DNA from: Paragordius varius
Lineage: Eukaryota; Animalia; Nematomorpha
Direction of reading: 5' to 3'
NCBI GenBank assembly: GCA_964247055.1
Contig: OZ176052.1
Location: 992,001 to 1,056,000 of the forward strand
DNA length: 64,000 bases
This document shows, one piece after another, positions 54,308-64,000 of the stretch. The first letter of the stretch is position 1; each line of letters starts with the position of its first letter. The position numbers and the translations under genes are program-made. The notes below the pieces were generated by a model, which saw nothing but the letters and a program-made list of their open reading frames with translations, ran no database searches and was not told the DNA's origin.

Positions 54308-55785
54308 CATTGGCAATATTATTAAATGTGATGTATTAATTGACACATATCTGTAATAAATTTTTCGATAATATTTTATCATTTTAAACTAGTGATACTT
54401 AAACCGCGGCCCTAAAATGTTTTCGTTAATAAAAAGTTCTTTTTAATTGCTTAGGAATTTTTAATTAAAGTTTTTGATCGATTTTATTTGCTTTTTCAGT
54501 ATTTAAAATTAATAATGGATTATTTCTGCTTGTTATTTATGCCCCGATTTTGATTATGGACATCTGATCTATCGAAGATAATTATTCTAGTTCAGAAGGA
54601 AATATTTGAAAGAAATAGCAAAGGTTAAGGGTTTATTGAGTTTTGTCAAGATAGATATGCCAAATAAATATGATAAAATAGAAATCTAAGTTATTCTCAT
54701 TGTTTTGTTACAACTCAAACTGAGGCGGCATATTCAAAAATAAAATTGTTAGGTTACATGATAGGGGTTATGACGTTAGATTAACCTGTTTTTATCAAAG
54801 AATATTGGTTGGTTAATATTAAAATTTGTCCATTTTATAAAAAAGTTATTATAAAAATTTGTATGTATAACCCGTAAAACTTTTGGATGTACTGATTTAT
54901 TTGGACAGTACCTGTATATCAAGGTATACAATATTTGTCCGTACTGGGTTATGGTTATTGAGACAATAAATTTTTTTAGGTAGCGTCACTGTTTTAAGCT
55001 GTTTTTAAGTTTATCGTATTTGAGATATTAGCCTGAATTTTTAAAGGATATTTTTAAAATTGCTCTAATCCAATTATCATTAATAAATTGGATTTTTACT
55101 AAAAATATCATATTTTATATACTTAGTCAATTTAGTAAAGCTTTTTGTTGTATCTCTAAAAATAATTTTAAAATGTCTATCAAAAGTGTCACATTCTAAC
55201 AGATAATTCATGTTTCAAAATAAAATCTTTTATACATAATATACAAGCGTAATAAAGGTAAAAAATATATATTATTTATATATATAATTTTGTTTGACAA
55301 CATAATTTGTGTGTCATATTAACCGCGCGTGGCTTGATCCTTTTAAAAAATTAATAAATATTGTACAGTAGAGTATGGTATAAAAAAACTTTTGTCCAAA
55401 AATAAACTAAAATAAATTAATTTTAGAGTAGGGGATGAAAGATTGTTTATTTCAACCGTTTACTGTTTTTAACTATACGCACTACGGTATTATTAGTAAA
55501 TTGTCAAATTTTGACTGTAATTATTTTATATTATTTTTAGAATGAAGTATTCTATGTATGTAATACGTTTTTTAAAAACAATTTTTGGACATTTATTTAT
55601 AATCGATTATATTTTGTATTAATAAAATTTTGGAATATTTATGAATTAGTTTATATGACTTCACCAAATTTTTTTATTGATTACTTTCCCAAAATTGTAT
55701 TGGCCTGTGTGTAAAATTATTATATCAAATTATACAGGAATATTAATAAAGATTGTTGGTGATATCAAATTTCTTGCAACAGTTA

Positions 55786-56538
55786 TACCATTTGCACTTC
55801 AAGAGTGTCTTTGCACTTCAAGTTGGTTATTTCAAGTTGGTCCTTGGACACTAGTTGGTTCCTTGAACACGAATTGGTCTTTGAATACTTCAAGTTGGTC
55901 CTGGAACATTTGTTAATCCTTGAGCACTTCATGTTTTCCCCTCAACACTTCAAGTTAATCCTTGACTTTAAGTTGGTCCCAGAACATTTCAACTTGGTCC
56001 TTAACCATTTCAAGTTAGTCCTAACACATTTGTTGGTCTTTAAACACTTCATGTTGGTCCTTGAACATTTCAAGTTGTTCCTTGTTGGTCCTTACATTCA
56101 AGTTGATCCTTGACCATTTCAGGTTGGTCCTTGAAGATTATAAGTTGGTACAAGTTGGTCCCTAAACACTTCAAGTTGGTCCTTGAACATTTCGAGTTGG
56201 TCCTTAAACATTTCAAGTTGGTCCTTTAACTTTTTTATTTTGTTTTTAACTTTTATCAATAAAATCGTGTATCATTCATCTATTTTATCATTTTTAACCT
56301 ATTTTCTATATTCACAAACCTTAAATCAATATCAACTTTTAATCATTCAGAAACTGTATATTTATTAATTTCTTAAAATTTTTTTTAAAATTAATGAGAT
56401 CCTAATAAAATAAATAAGTTTTCTAGGTTATTTACAATTTTTTATTGATACATTTTTAAGGTAATAATTTTGTTAAATTGGAAAAAATTAGTTTGAACCA
56501 AAAAAGTGGTTTTTAAGTAAAAAAATATTTTTTAATGG

Positions 56539-56569
<31 letters not shown>

Positions 56570-56732
56570 ATTAAGATTAGATTATATAACAATAAAATAA
56601 AAAAATACATGCAAAAATTATGGTTAAATCCTAATAAATTTTAAGGACCAACTTGATGTGTTAAAGGACCAACTTGAAATGTTCAAGGACCAACTTGAAA
56701 CGTTTAAAGACACTCTTGAAGTGCAAATGTTA
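55786..56732. mobile_element. MITE family B with an expanded 21-bp array in the left arm
   Basis: taccatttgcacttcaagagtgtc ... degenerate (aagttggtccttgaacatttc)n at 55810-56228 ... gacactcttgaagtgcaaatgtta. Confidence 0.8.
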
Positions 56733-56988
56733 TATATTTTATACCTTTATCGGTCGGCTAATATAAAGCTGGAAGTTTAAAGAATTTAAACGACCAAAAA
56801 GGCGAAACCCTTAGAATACTGTTTGATTTGGAAAAAGCGCTTATTTGGAAAGTCTCATTAACACGGCTAATACTGCTTACCAGATAAAAAGAGAATAATC
56901 GCATTGGCGAATGCCTAGATACAAAAAATTATGGTCACATCACAATAACATTATTTTTTTCCTGCATTCTTTATATATAACGCTTTTA

Positions 56989-57163
56989 CAGTATGAGTAA
57001 ACATAAGGTTTTTTTTCAAAAATATTGCCAGAAAGTATATGAGCTAAGAGCATTATTATTATTGGCTAAACAATAAAACGAGAAAAAAATAATTATAGTT
57101 CATTTATATTCTATCTGGCAATAAATACTGAAAAACTAGAAATGTATACTTACTCATACTGTC
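56989..57163. mobile_element. Small CAGT-ended MITE
   Basis: tacagtatgagtaa ... ttactcatactgt inverted termini. Confidence 0.5.
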
Positions 57164-59189
57164 GTGTTTTGTCCTGAAACTTATGAAAATTAAATGTAAT
57201 GATAAAGCAGAGCATTAATTTAAGGATATAAGAATGTGTTTTAGGACAAACTCTGCATCAAACAATTATATTATACGATCCAAAAATTAAAGGATCAAGA
57301 AACGCAGTTGCAAAAAGTTTGGAAAAGACATATATAAAAATTCAATAAAACACAACCTAAGCTAACGCTAATAATATTTCACCAAAAATAATAATTTTTC
57401 TTTAAACAACCAATTAACTCAAAGGTTCAATCATATTATTATTTAGACTTTTTCAAAAAACGGTATCATTGACATTAGTAGGATTTTTAAATCATAAAAA
57501 TCAGGTGTGTTGTTAAATTGGGTAAGCAGCTTTGGTTCTAATACTATCTTTGCCACACTTCATTTATAAGGGGCAGTTTTCAACCCCAAGGCCAAACATA
57601 AACTAAAAGTGTTTAGGATATTGAGCCAAAAATGCACTATATATACTTTTTATTCGCTTTATGCAAAAAAATATTTATATTTTAAATATAAATTCTCATC
57701 TCAAACTTTTAGCCGCTGTTTTTTCGGATTATTAAAATAATAAAAAAGATTGGAAAAAGATTGGTTAAAAAATAACACCAAAATAATTTTTATTATCGGA
57801 CAACAAATTTATTATTATTTATTTCAATGTTCGTTTCAATTGGACTTAACTGTATAAAGTATTATATTTTAACTGAAACATTTTTAAAAATTTAGTAATA
57901 AAACATTTTACTAAACATTCCCTATACCTCTTCAAATTTAAATATTTGAAAATATTAACAAAACCCGGTTAAAAGAAATATGCATTCTATGGTCTTTCAG
58001 CCACCTTATTAACAGTTCTTTACCTTTTTATTTTTTGTAGACGATCACATTTGGGGGTTGTGTTATAGAGGAGATTTGTAACAAAGTTTTAATTTTGCTA
58101 TAATACAGTCAATACTGAAAATTAATATCAAATAATGTAAAATAAATCCTGATGACATGATATTTGAAGCTATTTTAATAAAAAATTGAAAATGTCATAT
58201 GGATTTAATTACTTGTGAAGCTCTTTTAATAAAAATTTGAAAATGTTATATGGATTTAATTACTTAATATTTATTTATTTACAACATTGTTCTTGTGTAT
58301 TTGAAAAAAAACTAAGTTTTCGAGTTTTTTAATATCTTTTATTCCAAGAAGACTTCCAAACACGAATAAACCAAAATCAAGAAAGCTCTCTAAAGTTTAT
58401 GATTTTTAACAATAACACTGTGACACAACTTTTTTTGGATCTTGATTTTTTAATATTTTCTGATTCCTTATGGTATTGTGATCAGATTTGTGTAAAAATT
58501 TTACTTATTCAGCTCGTTTTCGAGATATGGGACTTTTCCCAAATTACGACATATCCAAAATTTTTTCGTTTGTAAATATTTTTCGCTAGGTAAACAAATA
58601 ATATGCGGCTTATATAAATATTTTTACAAAAGATCATCAATTTAACTTTAAAATAAACAAAATTTACTCAAGATATCCATTACTTTTTGTTCTAGGGGGC
58701 AAAAACCCTCAAAAATTGGGTAACTTAACATTTTTTGACACAAATATTTTTTATTTTCTTATGAAATAAGAACAAACTTTATTTTTTGTTTTTGGATGTT
58801 AACACTGTTTGTTTAAATATAAATATCATTGTGTAATTGTGGACTTTTATTTTTAAAACAAACTTAATTTTTCACCTTTTTGCTGTTTTTTTATGTAAAA
58901 AAAGCTAAAATTTACTCAGCTGTAAATAATAAATTAATTTCATCTGTTATTTTTAAATATTTACCATATATGTGTCCAACAAGACTAAATTTTATGCCTT
59001 AAAATATAATCCTAACAAAGTATTTTTTTTATTTATAAAACTGACGGGTAAAAATATTGTATCTCACCAAAAAATCTGGGTTAAACTATTTAAAATTTAG
59101 GAGTGCGTTTGTGGACCGTTCTAGTAGGAAGCACTCATAGAGGAACTCGGTAAAAATGCAAAAAACGCCTTTTTATATATATTATTTTA

Positions 59190-60190
59190 GGTCATCGGAA
59201 CTTATGCTGTGGACCCTTAGTCGAAAGAATTTAACAGATGTTAACATAACTAGTTTTCGGAATAGAATAATAAATTTTCGCAAATATTTTTCCGAAAACA
59301 GTTCTGTATCTTGGCGTCATAATATAATTGGTCATAAAGGAATTACGAATATGATTCATCACAGTGGGTATTGTTTCTGGACGCTTCTCAGATATACAAT
59401 ATTTGACATCTTTAGGAAAGTTTGAAAAGTTTTTTGATAGACCGTGCCGGAGAACACAGGCCAATTTTAATTTCTTATAGCCGTGTTTATAGGGAGGCCT
59501 ATGTTTTCGAAAACATTTTCGAACTCCTTCAATACGGCTATTATTATTAGCATGTTACAAGGGATTATATTTAAAATTATAATATTTTTTATAGGTCAGT
59601 GGATTGCTTTTCAGTATGCATAAAGGATCTCCCAAATTTTTTTGCCTCCTGTGTGAGTGGGACTCGCGTGACACCGAGAAACAGTATACGAAAAAAAATT
59701 GGTCCTTAACTTATAAAGTTGGGCCCAAGAATCAGGTATTTTTCTCCATTAATATCGGCTATCAAATTTGTTTTGCCGCCATTGCACATGCTGCTTGGAT
59801 TGGCCAAAACATTTTTGTGCAGTCGATAAAAATGGCGAAGCTAGGTCTCATTACTTCAGGAAGTTCAGGATGACGCCCGCCAAGATTAACGCCGCAGTTT
59901 TGATAGGGCCTTAGGTATTATACATTTAATTTTAGGTTGCGAGTCTTTTGAACAATGTAATGTTTGAATCTTAAATGCAACCCAAAGAAAAAGCGGCATG
60001 GGTTGCATTGCGAACTTTTTCTCAAAATTTTTGGGGAAATTTAAAAAATAACAAATACCTGGAATTAGGCAATATATCCAAAAATATAGGATGCCGCATG
60101 AGTCTAAAGCTTCATATGGTGGATTCCCATCTGTGTGTATTTCCCCAAAGACGCCATCACAGATCAAAGAGGCGAAAAGGGACATGAACT
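59190..60190 (+). pseudogene. Disrupted transposase of the 58416-62269 element
   Basis: Fragments QWVLFLDAS, KFFCLLCEWDSRD, LPPLHMLLGLAK, KINAAVLIGP, EKAAWVAL..NFWGN and GCRMSLKLHMVDSHLCVFP match the CFLCxWDSR / PPLHIKLG / MSLKIHFLHSHLDFFP transposase family, with stops and frameshifts. Confidence 0.8.
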
Positions 60191-60239
60191 TTTAAAACTT
60201 TTCGAAAAAAGTTATCTAAATAATATAAATTTAATTTGC

Positions 60240-60272
<33 letters not shown>

Positions 60273-60968
60273 GAATAAATAAATTATTTTATTTTATTTT
60301 ATTTATGACTTACACCTAATTTTCTCTGATTTAAAATCAATCAAGATAGATTATCCGTGTCTTTAAATCTCTGACCAAAATATCCACTTTAATTAATATT
60401 CACTCTTATTAACTGAGGCATTATTAGGATTTGCATATAATTCAATATATTTTTCTCATTTTTAGAAAAAAGCATCAAAAGGCTCAGTCAATAATAATTA
60501 TAGGATGAATTATTTATTGATGGTAATATATGTAAAGCTTTTTTAGAGCGTTTTTCATAAGATATGGCATATTCTCCATATTTATTTATTCTGCACAGTC
60601 GTAAACGACCATATTGAAAGCTAATCTATTAGCTGACGTCAGAATCAAATTGTTGCGATTGGGTACTTGGTCATGATTATATTACAATTTTAGCTGCAAA
60701 TCGATATATTGTTAATTTTATAAGAATGTATAAAACAAATATAACAGCGTTATTTTGCATTTTCACCGAGTTCCTCTATGAGTGCTTCCTATCAGAACGG
60801 TCCACAAACGCCCCCTAAATTCTAAATAGTTTAACCGAGATTTTTTGCTGTGAGATACAATATTTTTACCCGACAGTCATCCTAAATTTATAAATAAGAA
60901 ATACTTTGTTAGGGATATATTTTAAGGTATAAAATTTAGTATTGTTGAACACATTTATGGTAACTTAA

Positions 60969-61170
60969 CACTTGGATTTACAACACAAGTCCTTCGATTT
61001 AAATTGGGTAGATACCCCAGGCCTGTTTAAAATTAAATTCTTTAAAAAACATGGAAGGAATCGAAACATGGCAAATTTAAATGGGAGCCGTTTCCTTCAG
61101 TAGTTTTTTTTAAAAATCCTAACTTAAATTTAGTCTGGGGTATTTAGATAACCCAATTTGAATCTAAGTG
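60969..61170. mobile_element. 202-bp CAC...GTG MITE with TTAA target duplication, nested in the right TIR
   Basis: ttaa|cacttgga...ctaagtg|ttaa. The left TIR shows the empty single TTAA at 58953-58956. Confidence 0.85.
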
Positions 61171-61314
61171 TTAAAAATAACAGATGAAATTAAGAGTTTA
61201 GTATTTACATCTGAGTAACCTTTAGCCTTTTTTACATAAAAAAGCAAAAAAGGTGAAATAAATTTATTTTTTAAAATAAAAATCCACCAAGCTATTACAC
61301 AGTGATATTTAGAT

Positions 61315-61868
61315 CACTTCGATTCAAATTGGGGTATCTAAATACATCAGACTAAATTTAAATTAATATTTTTAAAAAACTAATGAAGGAAACGGTCCCA
61401 ATTTAAATTTATGCTTCTATCCTGATAAAAATTTTATAAATATGCCAAAATATCTTGATAAAATTTTGTTTTGAAAAAATTCCATCACAAACAACTTCGA
61501 CGCCATATTTTACAAAATTTCTGCAAATTATCGTCTTCATTTAATTTTAAGGGTAAAACTAAAGCTAATTTTTTATGTAAATTACATCAAACATCGATAG
61601 AAATAGAAAAAAACGGTTTATTTTGTATTATTTTTCAATTTACAATTTGACAGATGCCACGTTGACGAAATTTTTGCCTTTGGTTTTAGCTTAAAATAAG
61701 TAATATCAAGTATTTTTGAATAAAATTTTTCATATATTTCGGTTTATTAATGTTATAAAGTGCAAAATTTTGCCATGATACTTTTTAAATTAATTTTAAA
61801 CAAGCCTGGGGTATCCAACTACCCCAATTTGAATCGAAGGACTAAAATGAGTGTGTTGTATCCAAGTG
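61315..61868. mobile_element. ~550-bp member of the same CAC...GTG family, nested in the right TIR
   Basis: Reverse complement of 15525-16085; absent from the corresponding position of the left TIR (~58820). Confidence 0.8.
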
Positions 61869-64000
61869 ATATATTAAACAGTATTCAAGAACATAAAATA
61901 AAGTTTGTTTTTATTAAATAAGATGATAAAAAATATTTGTGTCAAAAATGTTAGGTTGCCCAATTTTTGCGGATTTTTGCCCCATAGAACAAAAAGTATT
62001 GGATATCTTGAGTAAATTTTTTTTTTTTTAAAGATAGATGGTGATCTTTTGTATGAATATTTGTAAGCCACATACTATTAGTTTACCTGGCGAGATATAT
62101 TTACAAACGAGGAAATTTGGAGATGTCATCCAAATTTGGAAAAAGTCCCATATCTCGAAAATGAGCTGGGTAAGTAAATTTTTTACACTCTGTTAGCAAT
62201 ACCATATGGAATCAGAAAATATTGAAAAATTAAAATCCAGAAAATTGCCCCAAATTTTGTTGCACAGTATAATATACATTTATTTGCATGTTGCATTAGC
62301 GATGTAAAATAAAAGGAAAAAATGGCAGAAAAAAAGTTTGTCATGAGGATTTTTATAATTTTACATAAAAGCATTTTCGAATCATGCGCGTACAAATCTA
62401 AAAAAGCATATTAAATTTGGCCCAATAATTATTATTAAGTTAATTATCTTTTATCGTTCTGCCTAAAACATCAACAATAAGAAATGAGATGGCAATAATC
62501 CGTTATTTTAAAGTGAAAAAATGGTAGTAACGATAACCTTTAATAGGGACAATTATATATTTGGATTTATAATAAGATATGATTTTAAAATATATTTTAA
62601 CGTGTTTCTAATGCTTAATCAAGGTGTATCAAGAAAAAGGTGTAGCAGACCCATGTCGTTATTGTCCACAAATGTCCCTTGATGTCCTTCCATAAATCAG
62701 TGTATACACAAAATTTTTATTTTGAATTAAACATTTAAATCAGTTGATTAAATGTTGTTATGAAAATAACAACAGGTCCCGAAGCATGGTCCTTGTTGAA
62801 AGGGGTATTTTGCATTTACAAACCCCCCGAATCTTTCATGATAAAGAACATTAAGTCCTTAAAAAAGAAATTAGCCAATGGTTTAGAATTTTAAATCTTA
62901 ATACTTTTATAGATTTGAATGAATTGGAACCCAGATTACCTAATAAACGCATGATTGATAAAGCCCTTATTAGCTATGACCATAATTTTAATGCCACTAT
63001 TAGAACTTATAAATACAATGCAATTGATATAGCAGATCATGTTTTGTGTAATTTTTGTTGTTATAAAGTTTAGGTGTGGGTGAGCGCTATGTATCAGACG
63101 AAATTTTAATAAATTTTCTCCTTAACACAAATTATTTTATGTCTGGCGTCACTTTATGTAATGTCAACAACTCAAGTTCATACATCAAACAATTCCAAAA
63201 AACTTATCCACAAAATGTAATGTATTATTTAATCACATATAATATAAAGACAAAACGTAAAAACTAAAAGACATATGTATTTTTAAAAAGACATATGTAT
63301 TTTTAAAAAGACATATTTTTTACCTGATATTGATTTTATCTCTGTAATTAAAATGTTTAAATACATAATTATGATGTTACCAATTACATTTCATACTTAC
63401 TCAAGATGAGTAAGATCGTCTTTGTTATATCAATTTTTATTGAAATTATCGACAAAATTATCTATTTGGCGAAATTTTTAAGTTATATATAATATATATC
63501 TTTTTTGTTACCACCCGTCCGCTTTTAATTTTACTCATTATACCTGAGTTATGTTGTTAATTATATTTTACCAGTCTTTTATAGTAAAGTTATTTGGTTA
63601 ATTAACTCATCCTTGATTTTGATTTTTTGTAAGTGATTTTCCCCAATAATAAAGGTTCCTAAATATTTTTTTTAGATCCTAAGTATAAATATTAAATTAT
63701 TGCATATTACAAGAGAAATAGCTTTAGATATAATATTTTTATTTAATTTTGTAGTTTGGTCAAATCCTAAAATTTTTTATCATTTAATTATTATTTAATA
63801 GCTAAATTAAATTTTCATAATTTTTTTTATTATTAGGTTTACATTCTGAGTGGTAAATTTGGGAGAGCCACCAATGATTACACTTATATGGGCAAAACTA
63901 TCATGGAACAATCTGATTTAGGTTATTAAATAAAAATAATTTTTTTTAATTATCAAACGAAAAAATAGATCTCAAAAATTTTAAATATCATATAAAAAAC

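Larger units (their letters stand above)
58416..62269 (+). mobile_element. Defective CMC-superfamily (Chapaev3-like) DNA transposon with ~750-bp TIRs
   Basis: taa|cactgtg...cacagta|taa (TAA duplication, CAC-type end). 58416-59165 is mirrored in 60750-62269 apart from two nested insertions. It contains an internal transposase relic. The family assignment is from recalled motifs and needs a Dfam/Repbase check. Confidence 0.75.

Overview
AT-rich (roughly three-quarters A+T by eye) genomic DNA from an invertebrate animal; the species cannot be identified from sequence alone. I reconstructed nine spliced or intronless genes by hand, checking splice sites and exon phases: a TMEM68/DGAT-type acyltransferase, a Dok/FRS2-like PTB adaptor, dCMP deaminase, THOC7, GAPDH, selenocysteine lyase, fructosamine-3-kinase, an EglN/PHD prolyl hydroxylase and FoxG. 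The 3' end of a tenth, unidentified gene opens the window. Introns and the gene-poor region around FoxG are filled with MITEs, RTE-LINE, mariner and Chapaev3-like transposon relics, satellites and (TA)n. The most striking signal is six GT-AG micro-introns of only 22-27 nt in three unrelated genes, four of them consecutive in FN3K. They sit in the same genes as multi-kb TE-filled introns, alongside divergent gene pairs whose start codons are only 32 and 62 bp apart. A second unusual pattern is decayed copies of the exon 3' end plus splice donor inside the following long intron: six copies in GAPDH and two in dCMP deaminase. All coordinates and alignments were made by eye; no database searches were run.
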